54,213 bases of DNA from Barthelona sp. PAP020 (Eukaryota), in the NCBI GenBank assembly GCA_040182905.1, contig JARQWU010000039.1:1-54213 (forward strand). Direction: 5' to 3'. The translations under genes were made by a program, and so were the position numbers. The first letter of the stretch is position 1. Every line of letters begins with the position of its first letter. The notes below the pieces were generated by a model that was not told where the DNA came from, made no database searches, and saw only the letters and a program-made list of their open reading frames with translations. Of the stretch, positions 20,177-31,269 are shown in pieces.

Positions 20177-21262
20177 CTAATTTTGAGTTGATCCATGAAA
20201 TTGTTTTGGGTCAAGATCGGTCGGTAAAGTTAATGATTCCTTCTTATTTTTTGAAACAAAACTTTGTAAAGACTTGTTTCTTAATTGCTTGAGAGAACTT
20301 TTCATTAAAACTGGCATCTCCAAATTTGGTGCAACAACTTTGAATCTATTTGTTCCTACACTGCTCATTGAACTGATTCTTATAAATTCATTCTTAACCG
20401 ATGAGGTTTGCATGAAATATGGATGTTGTAAAGCTTGAGCTGCTGTAATTCGGTTATCTGGATCGGTATCCAAAAGACGGACTAATAAGGAAAATGCTAT
20501 TGGATTCATTCTAGATCGCAAACCATATGGAAAGCCTTCATGTTTAATGATAAAGTTAGCAAATATTGGATTTTTCTTCAGCAGATCAATATGTTCAGGA
20601 ATCAATGATCCAGCAATACTACAAACTTGAGATAACATGTCTAATTCTGAATCTCCTGGAAATAACGGCTCTCCAGTAACCATCTCCGCAAAAACACACC
20701 CAACTGCCCAAATATCAACAGCATTTGTATATTTGGCCCCAATTAATAATTCGGGGCTTCTGTACCATCGAGTCGCAACATATTCAGTAAGGTTCACACA
20801 AGTTTTATTTTGAGCTCTAGCAAACCCAAAATCACACAGTTTAACAACATTGTTATGTATTAGAATATTTTCAGGTTTAATATCCCGATGCGTAATATTG
20901 TTCTCGTGTAAATATTTTAATGCTTGCAAAAGTTCCCATAATATGCTTTGAATTTTTGAAAAATCTAACCCATGAGGAGAATAATCTAAGAGGTCCAATA
21001 AATTATTCTCACAATAATCCATAACCAAATATAATTTGTTTTTGTGTTTAAACGCTTCCTGTAAATTTACAATATATTCATGTTTAAAATGTTTCAGTAT
21101 TCTAATTTCACGATAAATGGTTTTTTTGTAATAATCATCTTCATCACTATCTTTTAATCTTTTAATGGCTACAATTTCATTCGTTTCTATTTTTCTAGCC
21201 TTTAAAACAGTACCGTAAGCTCCTTCACCAATAATACCAAGAATTTCATAACGTGAATTCAT
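20177..21262 (-). CDS. CDKL5: CDKL-family kinase, CDKL5/LF5-like
   Basis: GEGAYG, VAIK, HRDIKPEN, DFG and TEYVATRWYRSPELL; the TEY motif and N-lobe resemble CDKL5. Confidence 0.8.
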   Translation of the reverse strand: MNSRYEILGIIGEGAYGTVLKARKIETNEIVAIKRLKDSDEDDYYKKTIYREIRILKHFKHEYIVNLQEAFKHKNKLYLVMDYCENNLLDLLDYSPHGLDFSKIQSILWELLQALKYLHENNITHRDIKPENILIHNNVVKLCDFGFARAQNKTCVNLTEYVATRWYRSPELLIGAKYTNAVDIWAVGCVFAEMVTGEPLFPGDSELDMLSQVCSIAGSLIPEHIDLLKKNPIFANFIIKHEGFPYGLRSRMNPIAFSLLVRLLDTDPDNRITAAQALQHPYFMQTSSVKNEFIRISSMSSVGTNRFKVVAPNLEMPVLMKSSLKQLRNKSLQSFVSKNKKESLTLPTDLDPKQFHGSTQN

Positions 21263-21506
21263 TTTTTTTTCGTTTTTAATTGTTTGATAAAATTATGCAG
21301 GTAATTGTTTCTAATTGTTATGATACAAGTGTGTTTTAAAAATTATGAGTGTTTCATCCACCAAAAAAAAAAAAAATCTAAATTGGTTCAATTCTCGAAT
21401 TTTCATTTATTTTTGACACTATCAAGAACCAAACTGATAAATTATCAAAACAATTAACTACATACATATTTATCACTATTTTCAACAATTTTTTATTGAA
21501 AAAATA

Positions 21507-22217
21507 TTAAAGAATAACCAAAACACAAGCTGTCACATAAAGAAGTGTAACCGGAAATCCCACAACTATTTTATGGTTGTGTAATTTCCCTAGATGACAA
21601 AAAGAACGAGTAACTGAAACAATAGAAATAAACAATGCTGAAATTGCCAATATTCTTATTAACACAATCTGTTTACCTAGTATTAATGTTATTAGAGACA
21701 TTAATAATAATGGACTATTTCCATATCCTAAAATACTAATTATTTGATAAGATTTGATAGAATCTGGTTTGTGACACAACAATTTTAAAAATAAAAAAAA
21801 GAAAATAGATGAAAATATGGAAATACCATACAAAATACCAAAATGAACTTTTCCACGAGGTAATAATGAAAATGACAAAAATAACAAAACTAAAAGGGGA
21901 CCTAGCAAATCACTTTGATTGGAAGCGTGCGATAAACTTTTTTTAATGGTAAAAGGATTCAAATATCGGACAAAAGTAGAAAAAATACCTTTAAAATTAA
22001 TGTCAATCTCTTGAATTAAAGGTACAGGATCAATTACTGGCTCAAATAAATTTTTATCTTCACTAAAATTTGATGGTTGTGAAGGTAAATTATGCTGTTC
22101 AAAAGAAAAACTTCGATTTCTTGTTGTGGGATTTTGAACAGGTCTCACAGGTCGAGTGTGTGATGTTGTATTCGGATTTTCCCAAAGAGAAGAAAAAGTT
22201 TGAAAATTCTTGGGCAT
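21507..22217 (-). CDS. YIP1: Yip1/YIPF5-family Golgi membrane protein
   Basis: Hydrophilic N-terminus, DLLGPLL...GKVHFGILYG, SILGY..PL, multiple TMs. Confidence 0.85.
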   Translation of the reverse strand: MPKNFQTFSSLWENPNTTSHTRPVRPVQNPTTRNRSFSFEQHNLPSQPSNFSEDKNLFEPVIDPVPLIQEIDINFKGIFSTFVRYLNPFTIKKSLSHASNQSDLLGPLLVLLFLSFSLLPRGKVHFGILYGISIFSSIFFFLFLKLLCHKPDSIKSYQIISILGYGNSPLLLMSLITLILGKQIVLIRILAISALFISIVSVTRSFCHLGKLHNHKIVVGFPVTLLYVTACVLVIL

Positions 22218-22286
22218 TTTTGGAAGAAGTGGTAATGAATTGTTGTTTTCACATTGTTTTTTTTTTTTTCATTTTCTATTTTTAAG

Positions 22287-22691
22287 ATGGATCCAGGAAA
22301 AGGTTACAGGCAAACTAAAAGAACTGATGATTCAAATCGTCAACAATTATTTGGAGATTCAAAATCAATGAATGCAAACAAAGCCAAAGTTGAACAAATG
22401 TATGCAGACGCCAGGGCAGGGACAAAATCAATAGAAAATTCAATTTTGACAACAAATGACACAATCCTTGTTGCCAATGATACCAGAAATAGAATTAGAG
22501 GCAATCGTGAAAGATTACAACAAGTTGATGGTAAGTTAGATGCTGTGCACGATGAAGCAGCTAGAGGAGAAAGATCAATGCGAATGATATGGAGACGTGC
22601 AATTACCAACAAAATTGTGTATTGGTTAATTGTAATTATTCTTGTTGCTACCATTATTTTCACTGTTTATTGGAAATTAGCTCGTAAGTGA
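22287..22691 (+). CDS. Vti1-like Qb-SNARE (short form)
   Basis: SNARE coiled coil ending WRRAITNK followed by a C-terminal TM. First ATG is at 22287. Confidence 0.7.
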   Translation: MDPGKGYRQTKRTDDSNRQQLFGDSKSMNANKAKVEQMYADARAGTKSIENSILTTNDTILVANDTRNRIRGNRERLQQVDGKLDAVHDEAARGERSMRMIWRRAITNKIVYWLIVIILVATIIFTVYWKLARK

Positions 22692-22890
22692 TGATTTTTG
22701 TCTTTGATGTTTTTGTTAAGTAGATTCGATTTTTTGTAAAAAGTTATTGTTTTATTTATTTTAAAAATGTTACAAATTAAATGTACCTTCAAAGATAAAA
22801 CCTTTTTAACAACAAAAAAAAATGGACCAAATAGACAAAAAAAAGTCAATCAAAATTATTTAACAAAAATTTACAAGGAAAAAACTTGTT

Positions 22891-24753
22891 TTAGATGGTA
22901 AAAACCTCAAGGATTTTTTCTATCAATTCAGCTTTTTTCATTTTACCTAATTTTACACCTTTATTTTTGAGAATGGCCTTCAACTGAGGAACTTTAAGAG
23001 TGTTCAATTTGTTTGAATTAATCATTTCTTTCACTTGATCGTCATCAATATCTTCCAAGTCTGTTGTTTGAGCTCGAATTTGACGAGATGTTCCTGAACT
23101 TGAACCCATCAAATCAATATCGTCAAAATCAAAGTTGACATCTTTTCTTGTTCGCTTTGCTTTTGAGATATCAGCATCTATAACTCCATTCATGGGATGC
23201 TCATCAGCATTAATGAAAAAACTACCAATAGTATTCTCTGCTGGTTTTAGCATTTCGTCAGTAATTAATGTTGAATCTTCAACAGGAAGACCGCTATCTT
23301 CAGTACTATCTTCATTCACCTCAAAGTCCTCATCTAAGGCTATTGAATGTAAAGTTTTGTAAAAATGTTGAATTTTTGGATTTTTGAAATCAAAAGGGTG
23401 AAAACTTTCTCCGATTGTGAGGCGATGCACCATATCCTTCCCTAATTTCAAGACTTCTTCGTCAGGAGAACAACCATAGGTTGACAATTTCCAATGATCT
23501 AACTTCTTTCTTAATTCAATGGTAGGCAGTTCATACAACCAAAATCCATGACTTAAGGCCAATAAATTATTCTCAGGTTGAATTAACAAACAATAATACT
23601 TTGGAGAAATACTCTTTCTCAATGAACCTCTGACAATCATGAATACATTCTTCTTACGCATGGCCTCAAAGAGACAACAACTATTATTTGTAGAATTTGA
23701 GATTCTAAAGTCATCAGGCCTTAAGAATAATCCTGGTTTAAAGTGAATTTCATGAGGCAATTTGGCAAGAGACTCAAAACCAATGAATTGAAATCCAGAT
23801 TTTTGAACGGCATTAAATTTCGCCAGTTCTTCCCATTTAAATACTGCTTTTTTATCTGCCACTTCAACGCAACGTCCTAATTCATTTTTATCAAGTACTT
23901 CTCCTGTTTCTTCATTTACATAAACATGTTTTACTTCATATTGTTGATTATTGATAGTAGTCACTCGTTTTTCACGATAAGGCACTTTTGCAGGTGTATT
24001 CAACATATAAACATTAAATCCAATCATTGTCTTTGACGGCAAAATTAAATTTGCATGAGACAGCGGACGTTGACGATACTTTTTGGTAAAGAAATCTGTT
24101 TTACCAATTTCTGGATTTCTGAAAATAGAATCCTCTGAAATATAGTTTTCATATTTTGAAAAATCACCATTGTCATTTGTGAACACATTAAACTCAACAT
24201 TAACACATTTTAAAAGATCTAATTCGTTTTTTATTGACACATGATTCTTATCTTCAAAATCTTCTGAGAAAATCCACACACTTTTGTTATATTGGGTTGA
24301 TTGAGAACTGAACATCAATAAACATTTGTGTAATATCTGTTTTACGGTAACGTTATTCTCAGTAATTCCAAATTCTGATACTTTTTGTTTCATTTCTTTG
24401 ACAGTATTAATTGAATCTGAATTAACATGAGCCAAGTCTAAAATTACAACGGAACTGTCATTTATTTTCCCAATATTCGTATCAGAAATGGTAGTACTGT
24501 CAACGTTATACAAAATGATACTGATCAAATCCTCAGGAACATCAAAAGCTTTTTCTTTCATTGTTTGCACCATTATATCCATTGACAAATCAAATAAATC
24601 TTTGTTACATTGACAATTAATCAAAGATATGATTGAATTTTTGGTTGGAATAACAATTTCTTCAACATTTTCCTCATGATTTTCACTGGCAATTATCGTA
24701 TCAACCAATTCATCCAGATTAAAGTCTTCCTCATCAATTAATAGATCATCCAT
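22891..24753 (-). CDS. XRCC6: Ku70 (vWA, Ku core, C-terminal SAP)
   Basis: DLISIILYN, GFQFIGFESL, LFLRPDD..ISNS, GFWLYELP, FKNPKIQHFY..L..IALD, SAP LNTLKVPQLKAILK..G...KKAELIEKI. First ATG is at 24753. Confidence 0.85.
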   Translation of the reverse strand: MDDLLIDEEDFNLDELVDTIIASENHEENVEEIVIPTKNSIISLINCQCNKDLFDLSMDIMVQTMKEKAFDVPEDLISIILYNVDSTTISDTNIGKINDSSVVILDLAHVNSDSINTVKEMKQKVSEFGITENNVTVKQILHKCLLMFSSQSTQYNKSVWIFSEDFEDKNHVSIKNELDLLKCVNVEFNVFTNDNGDFSKYENYISEDSIFRNPEIGKTDFFTKKYRQRPLSHANLILPSKTMIGFNVYMLNTPAKVPYREKRVTTINNQQYEVKHVYVNEETGEVLDKNELGRCVEVADKKAVFKWEELAKFNAVQKSGFQFIGFESLAKLPHEIHFKPGLFLRPDDFRISNSTNNSCCLFEAMRKKNVFMIVRGSLRKSISPKYYCLLIQPENNLLALSHGFWLYELPTIELRKKLDHWKLSTYGCSPDEEVLKLGKDMVHRLTIGESFHPFDFKNPKIQHFYKTLHSIALDEDFEVNEDSTEDSGLPVEDSTLITDEMLKPAENTIGSFFINADEHPMNGVIDADISKAKRTRKDVNFDFDDIDLMGSSSGTSRQIRAQTTDLEDIDDDQVKEMINSNKLNTLKVPQLKAILKNKGVKLGKMKKAELIEKILEVFTI

Positions 24754-24810
24754 CAGAAAAAAAAGACAATGATGCAAGAAAAATAAAAAGAAATTCAACT
24801 CATAACTAAT

Positions 24811-25902
24811 TTATAAATCAGCATAAAATCCTCCTTTAGAAACATTTCCACTATTTTTCTTGCTCCCTTTTTTTCTTTTTGACTTTTTCTTTTCAATTTT
24901 AACTGAATCACCAAGTTCTTGTGGCTTAATAGCATCTTCTTCTTCTTGAAAGAAACTGATATCCCATAATTTTACAATTCCATCATCACTTGAAGATGCT
25001 AATATGCTCCTGTCTTGAGAAATAACCATACGTTCAATACCACCATCATCACCATGTTCTCCCAAGGCAGCAGGTTCAATTTGATTGGTAACTGAAACAA
25101 CTCTCAATATACCATCAGAAGAACCGGTAATAATTAAGTCTTCAGTGACAGGTTGGATGCAATCCACAGTGTTTGGATGCCCAGTAATATTTTCTTTGGG
25201 TTCATCAAAAGCATTCCATTTCCACACATTTATGACAAAATCAGAAGTACCAGTAACTAATATGGGATAAGATGTTGCTTTATTGATTAAACAAATGCTT
25301 AATAAATCATTGTCAAATTTTTCTGAAACTGACTCCAATTTGAACTCTGTAACATTGTAAACATATAAAGCTCCATGTCCACCGGCAACAAACAATCTCT
25401 TTGAATTTTCATGGTATTCAAATCCCGCAACAAAACCATCAAAATCATCAAACTGTGCCAAACATTGCTGGTTTGATAAATTCCAAATCTTAATAATTCC
25501 ATCATCATCCCCAGTAGCTAAATATTGAGATTCATATAGATACATAGTATTGATAGAATTTTTGTGCGCATCAAGTTTCTTCCAAATTAATTCTGGTTCA
25601 AAATTGTTTTCTCTATCAAACGAATGTATTTTAATACTGCTACCACGGACACCTCTTTCTTTCGAAGAGCAAGATATCAAATATTCACCATCTTCCGAAA
25701 ATAATAAATGTCTTACTGTTGTATTATACGGCTGAAATTCAACCAATAATTCATGTAAATCGGGTAAAGGTTTGTATTTGTATAATCTTATTACACCTTG
25801 TATCGTACCTATTGCCAATATTTGGGATACCGGACAAAAGGCCAATGACATTATTTCATCATTTTCTATTTGTATATCTGTGTAGACTATTGAACTGTCC
25901 AT
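24811..25902 (-). CDS. WDR55: WD40 ribosome-biogenesis protein WDR55/JIP5
   Basis: TGDDDGIIKIW, TGSSDGILR, LGEHG..GIE, basic tail ending FYADL. ATG at 25902. Confidence 0.8.
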   Translation of the reverse strand: MDSSIVYTDIQIENDEIMSLAFCPVSQILAIGTIQGVIRLYKYKPLPDLHELLVEFQPYNTTVRHLLFSEDGEYLISCSSKERGVRGSSIKIHSFDRENNFEPELIWKKLDAHKNSINTMYLYESQYLATGDDDGIIKIWNLSNQQCLAQFDDFDGFVAGFEYHENSKRLFVAGGHGALYVYNVTEFKLESVSEKFDNDLLSICLINKATSYPILVTGTSDFVINVWKWNAFDEPKENITGHPNTVDCIQPVTEDLIITGSSDGILRVVSVTNQIEPAALGEHGDDGGIERMVISQDRSILASSSDDGIVKLWDISFFQEEEDAIKPQELGDSVKIEKKKSKRKKGSKKNSGNVSKGGFYADL

Positions 25903-25954
25903 TTTTCTTTCGTCCTCGTTTAAAAATTGAAAAAAAAAAAAAGACAAGTGAAAT

Positions 25955-27178
25955 TTATTCTGATTTTTCTTTTGTTTCAACCTTTTTACTTTCTAAAGAT
26001 AATAAGAAGAGGAAAGAAAAGACAATAAATCCAACAACAGATACACCAATTGCCAAGTAATAAGGATAAGCTTGTTTCAAAAATCTGGGATAATCAGTAT
26101 GCAACAATGATCTAACAATAATTTTGTCATCAGCAAACAAATTAGAATAACCAGGGATTTTAGAATCAATCAAAAGAGTATAAATACCCCACTTTTCAGG
26201 TAATTTTACAGTTGTGGTATGAACACCCTTCTTGACCTCCAAAGTTTGACGAATAAAAGTGTTTAACATTTTGACATCTAATTGAACAGGTAATTGAGAT
26301 GGGACCCACTTCTTATCAACCAACTCCATAACTTGAATGGAATAATCCAATTCTTCTCCTACATACCAAACTTCAGGTGTTTCCCCAAAACGAGTATAAC
26401 TAATATCAACAACACGACGTACACCAGTCTCTTGATTTACCCAACGAATAATGGAGTTGACAAATTTAATTGTTTCAAGATTAACCAATTTTGAATTTAA
26501 ATAAGAGTCCAGGAGAATATCAGATGGTAAAGCTAATAATCTTGCATTATTACGACCTTGGAAAGCAACTAACAAAGAGGCAGGCAAATCTTCTTCTGCG
26601 TCATCAGAATCATCAGTTTTAATACCACAACCATTGGGAACTCTGGCGATATTATAACGGTTTGTGTCTACTTCAAAACCAACACCTTTTAAAACAACAG
26701 AATCTTTAATTTCACCAGTTATGACAGACAGGGGGATAATATCCTTCTTTGAAACGGTGATATATTCGTTTTTTTCTCCATCACTAATAGATGTATCAAA
26801 AAGATAAGATTCAGAAAACATAATCTTAAATTCAGTTGATAAGGCAGTAATCAAACTACCAGGTTCTTCACTGGCAGCAAAAACAATGTTACCTCCATTA
26901 TCAAAGAAATTGAAAAGATCAGAATCAGTTAAATCTCCAATAGCATCAATATCTGGTGATAAAATAATTAAAGTTTTGTATTCATTCAAATCTTTAATCT
27001 TTAAATCTGCTTCGCTGTGCTTCACATCAACAATAGAATTTGTTAATCCAGCTATCAACTGAGAATAAGATTTTTCACTTTCATCAGAAATAATCAATAC
27101 TTTAGAATATGTCTCTGCACACAAAGTTAATCCAAGAATACCAATGAAACACAACAAACAAATTGAGAAATTTTTCAT
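25955..27178 (-). CDS. DDOST: Oligosaccharyltransferase subunit WBP1/OST48
   Basis: Signal peptide, FFDNGGN, FQGRNNAR, LPEKWGIYT, HTDYPRFL..AYPYY, C-terminal TM and dilysine-type tail KEKSE. ATG at 27178. Confidence 0.9.
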   Translation of the reverse strand: MKNFSICLLCFIGILGLTLCAETYSKVLIISDESEKSYSQLIAGLTNSIVDVKHSEADLKIKDLNEYKTLIILSPDIDAIGDLTDSDLFNFFDNGGNIVFAASEEPGSLITALSTEFKIMFSESYLFDTSISDGEKNEYITVSKKDIIPLSVITGEIKDSVVLKGVGFEVDTNRYNIARVPNGCGIKTDDSDDAEEDLPASLLVAFQGRNNARLLALPSDILLDSYLNSKLVNLETIKFVNSIIRWVNQETGVRRVVDISYTRFGETPEVWYVGEELDYSIQVMELVDKKWVPSQLPVQLDVKMLNTFIRQTLEVKKGVHTTTVKLPEKWGIYTLLIDSKIPGYSNLFADDKIIVRSLLHTDYPRFLKQAYPYYLAIGVSVVGFIVFSFLFLLSLESKKVETKEKSE

Positions 27179-27601
27179 CGAATATACAAGAAAACAAAAA
27201 AAAATAGTTCTTTTCAAACATCCTCTTTGTCAAAACACCTTTTAAAATTTATCATACACTTATCCAATTGTATGTGCCAGAGATAAAAATAATTCTGCTT
27301 CAAAAAAAGCCGAGCTTTTGAAAAAAGAACTTTACAATTGTTTGTTCAAAATCATTCCAAAGTTTACCTGCAAATATACCAATTTCCATTCCAAAAATAA
27401 TATTTTATCAAAATTGAATGGTAAACAAAAATCTTTTTTTTGAGTTTAAATAACCAATTTAAAAAATGTAATACTAAACTTTAAACAATTTATTTCTATT
27501 ATTGATTAAAATTATTGAGGTTTTAAAAAGTCAAATCAGTATAAATTAGGTAAAATACAGCTAAGAATATTGTATGATTTAATATGTGAAAACGACATCG
27601 T

Positions 27602-28444
27602 ATGGGTGGTTATTTTTCGACAAATAGAGATGAAAACCTTACTTTTCAATTAATTAGTGATTTACATCTTGAATTCTTTGATAATTTATCACAAGCTATT
27701 GAAATTTTGAATTTACAAATAGCTGACGAAAATTATTCCAAATTTTTGATTATTTGTGGAGATGTTTGTGCTTTAGATAATGTAAGTATCACACTTTTTG
27801 AAGATTTTTTTCAATATGTTTCTTTAAACTTCAAACAAATCATTTATATTGCAGGTAATCATGAATATTATGGGTTAAATTTTGCAGATACAATAATTGA
27901 AATAAAAAATAGGCTTGTAAATTTTCCTAATGTAATTTTTTTGGAAAAAGAGCATATAAAAATTGGTAAATTAACAATATTAGGAACCACATTATGGACT
28001 TCACCAAATAGAATGTATTCTAGAGTGTTTAACAACTTTTCCAACGATTTTAAATGTATTAAGAATAAAAGGAGGGGGAAAATTCTTCCCTCTGATTTTA
28101 CAATTGAACACAACAATGCTGTGGAATTTATTCAAAATTGTTTAAATAATCTGGGACCTGATGAAAAGGCTTTGATAATAACGCATCATGTTCCAGGATT
28201 TCCTGATGTTCTCAAACAGCATGTAAAAGCAGCGGAGTTACTTTCATTATATGGTTCTGACATGATTTCTTTGCTCAGAAATAACAGACAAAGAATTGTT
28301 CTATGGTGTTGTGGACATTGTCATCGACGTATTCGTCGTAAAATCGGTGGGGTTTCTATTGTTTCAAATCCTTTTGGTTATTATAATTTGGGTTCTGATA
28401 GATATAACAATGAATTTAATAGTCAACAAGTATTTTCAGTGTAG
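27602..28444 (+). CDS. Calcineurin-like metallophosphoesterase
   Basis: SDLHLEF, CGD, GNHEYY, THH and GHCH metal-binding motifs; N-terminal MG. Confidence 0.85.
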   Translation: MGGYFSTNRDENLTFQLISDLHLEFFDNLSQAIEILNLQIADENYSKFLIICGDVCALDNVSITLFEDFFQYVSLNFKQIIYIAGNHEYYGLNFADTIIEIKNRLVNFPNVIFLEKEHIKIGKLTILGTTLWTSPNRMYSRVFNNFSNDFKCIKNKRRGKILPSDFTIEHNNAVEFIQNCLNNLGPDEKALIITHHVPGFPDVLKQHVKAAELLSLYGSDMISLLRNNRQRIVLWCCGHCHRRIRRKIGGVSIVSNPFGYYNLGSDRYNNEFNSQQVFSV

Positions 28445-28752
28445 ATAGTTTTATCAACAATTAGTTTTGTTTATTTTGAATATGTAGTATAAAAAATATC
28501 TTTACATTTTTTTTTTTTGTCTTCTTTTTTTTTTTTGTGTTTATCAACATTTCAAGAACCAAATCTAAATGTTAAAGATTCTTTTTCAAAATAATTCAAT
28601 TTTCCCCACAACAGTAAAAATTCAACCAAAACTTCAGACAATTCAAAGAACCAAGCAGGCAGTATGGATTAAGTGTGAAAGAAATAAACATCAATTTGTT
28701 TAGCACTGTCTGAAACCAATCGCAATTGTTTTCTTTTCTTAATTATTCTTTT

Positions 28753-29940
28753 ATGGAAGTTGAACTTATTGAAGAATTAAAAAGAAGAAAGATTTCAAAT
28801 TTTATTCCATGGAAAATTGACAATGAAACAAAATTAGACAATAGAATTCCTCAATACATATTTGATTGTGCGTATTCTCCAAATGATAAGTATTTTGCAG
28901 TGACAAGTTTTGTAAAAGTATACATATATGAAGTAGAAACCGGAAAGGTTGTTCACATTTTGAATAATCATTGTTCTTCTGTATTTGGTGTTAGTTTTTC
29001 TTCAGATGGACAATTTTTTTCAACTTGCTCAAGTGATTTTCATATTAATGTTTATAAAGTGGAAGATTTCTCCATCTTAACCCAAATGAGAAATGATACA
29101 TGGCTTTACAGTGTTTGTTTTTCTCCTTGCTCCAATTATTTGTATTCTGCAGATTTCAATGGATATGTTAAAAAGTGGAATATAAAAGATTCTAGTGTAA
29201 TTCTTGAATCAAAAATTCATTCTTGGTGGATTTGGTGTATAAAGCTTTCGTCTGATGGTAAGTATCTTTTAACTGGTGGAGGAGACAAAACTGCTAAATT
29301 GATTGATCCAGATAATTTATCTGTTATTCACTCATTTTATCAAGGAGGACATATAAGAAGCGTTGATTTTCATCCAAATGAAGCAATTATTGCTGTCGGA
29401 GATACTTCAAATAATGCCAAACTTTGGAATATTGATGATGGAACACTTATTCACACTTTCCATCTGCAAGGCACCATATTTTGTCTTGAATTTTTATCAG
29501 CTTCATTCTTGATTGTTATGTCTGGTGATGGTTTGATTACTTTATTTAATATAGCTACTCATCAAATGGTACAAAGTGTTAATTGTGGCTGTAATAGTCA
29601 TTTTTTTTCTTTTGCCATATCAAAAAATAAAACCCAATTAATTTGTGGACGCTGTGATGAACATTATATCAAAAAATATTCTGTTGAAAGTTTGTATACT
29701 TCTACTTTTGAATCAGAAGTTTTAAAGTTGGCAAAACCGGATGGTTATGTTGTTTCGATTTTGCTTTCCATGGGTTATGATATTTCTGTTATTCGAAAAT
29801 TAGTGAGTGAAGGCATTTGCCTTAATCAAAATGAATTTGAAACAATTATTGATTCGATAAGCGACTTGGTTGACGTCAATAAAGACAAAAATGGAAATAT
29901 TCATCAATTTCTTGATCTTTATCTGCAAGAAAAACAATAA
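28753..29940 (+). CDS. WD40-repeat protein with shared uncharacterised C-terminal domain
   Basis: About 7 WD repeats (e.g. LSSDGKYLLTGGGDKTAKLID), then SEVLKLAK...DLVDVNKDKNGNIHQF. ATG at 28753. Confidence 0.85.
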   Translation: MEVELIEELKRRKISNFIPWKIDNETKLDNRIPQYIFDCAYSPNDKYFAVTSFVKVYIYEVETGKVVHILNNHCSSVFGVSFSSDGQFFSTCSSDFHINVYKVEDFSILTQMRNDTWLYSVCFSPCSNYLYSADFNGYVKKWNIKDSSVILESKIHSWWIWCIKLSSDGKYLLTGGGDKTAKLIDPDNLSVIHSFYQGGHIRSVDFHPNEAIIAVGDTSNNAKLWNIDDGTLIHTFHLQGTIFCLEFLSASFLIVMSGDGLITLFNIATHQMVQSVNCGCNSHFFSFAISKNKTQLICGRCDEHYIKKYSVESLYTSTFESEVLKLAKPDGYVVSILLSMGYDISVIRKLVSEGICLNQNEFETIIDSISDLVDVNKDKNGNIHQFLDLYLQEKQ

Positions 29941-30133
29941 TAGCAGCATGATCTAATTTCTATGTAAAAATTTTAAACAATTTTCTTTCAAAAATCATAA
30001 ATTGTTTATCCTTTTCAAAAACTTTTTCATTTTTCTAAAAAAAAAATTTAGCCAACAAAAAAGAAAGTATTCAAAAGTTACACCGTTTATATGTTGACTA
30101 AGTGACCAAATGAGAAATAAAATATCTATCTTT

Positions 30134-31105
30134 CTATTGGTTTTCTTCTGTATATGTGTCTTCTTCATCATCATCCAATGCATTTTCATTTGCTATACCA
30201 TCTTTGATTTCTTCAATCAACTGTTGAAACCTTTCGTTGAATGATTGAAGATACTCCTTTGTTTGATCATCCAAATCGCTCATTTTTAAAGCACTATTTA
30301 TTGAAGTCTGTGCAATTTGCAAAATTTCACCAGCATCCTCCCACTTCTTTTGAATTGTGTAAATTGTAGCTAACAATTCAGTAACCTCAAGATCATCAGA
30401 ATTCATTGCCAAAACTTCTTCTAAGACCTCAACAGCAGGCTCTTGTTTCTCTAATTCCATTAAAATTCTGGCTGTTTGCATCAAAAATTGAACATCTGGT
30501 TGTTCATCAATAGGTAATTCTCTCAGAATTTCTACAACTTTGTCCATAATTTCCTCAGCAGAATCAACATCACATTGAGAAATCTTATAAGAAGCTTTAA
30601 TTTGCAAAGCAAACAGGTTTTCAGGATCAATTTCTAAAGCAGTATCAATTGCTTCACCACATTTGGCTTCAGCATCTTCATCAAAACATAAATCGGTTAA
30701 ATACAATTCAGAAACAGCTAATAAAGCTTGAATCAACATTTTCTTATTGTTTTCTTCATACTCTTCATCAATACCTTCTTGCAAAAGTTCAATAGCTTTA
30801 AGATAATGTTCTAAGGATTCATGTTCTTCCAATAATTGTCCCAAATATAAATGTCTGGAAGCTCTTGGCGCCTCAGGTTCTAATTCAATAGCCCTGAGAA
30901 ATAATTCCAAAGCTTCTTCATGAAATCCTAAAGCAAGGATTCCTTCCGCACTGACTTCAATTAAAAAAGCATCATCAGGTTGTAATTCAATGGCTTTCAA
31001 AAAGTGTTCATAGGCTATTTCAAAATTTGGATTGGTACTTCTCATATGATTTTCTGCTATTCTTAAATGTTCGGCAGCACTTCGTTGCTTTTTATTCGTG
31101 GGCAT
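30134..31105 (-). CDS. ACL4: TPR protein, assembly chaperone of RPL4 (ACL4-like)
   Basis: Acidic TPRs, HLYLGQL, ELYLTDLCFDEDAEAKC, acidic tail. ATG at 31105. Confidence 0.8.
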   Translation of the reverse strand: MPTNKKQRSAAEHLRIAENHMRSTNPNFEIAYEHFLKAIELQPDDAFLIEVSAEGILALGFHEEALELFLRAIELEPEAPRASRHLYLGQLLEEHESLEHYLKAIELLQEGIDEEYEENNKKMLIQALLAVSELYLTDLCFDEDAEAKCGEAIDTALEIDPENLFALQIKASYKISQCDVDSAEEIMDKVVEILRELPIDEQPDVQFLMQTARILMELEKQEPAVEVLEEVLAMNSDDLEVTELLATIYTIQKKWEDAGEILQIAQTSINSALKMSDLDDQTKEYLQSFNERFQQLIEEIKDGIANENALDDDEEDTYTEENQ

Positions 31106-31269
31106 TGAAAAAAAATTCAAAAAAATGAATATGATTTTTAGATTTGTTTTTAATGGGTATTTTATTAAGGTGAAAGGACGTTTGACGTTCTAGTAATGAA
31201 ATATATTTATGAAAATTGAATCAAAAATTTCAGATAATATTTTTCACCAAATTATCTTTTATCTTTACA

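Noticed and set aside
28656..28712. Hairpin CAGGCAGT...ACTGTCTG as an ncRNA
   Set aside because: Short stems and no recognisable RNA family motif.
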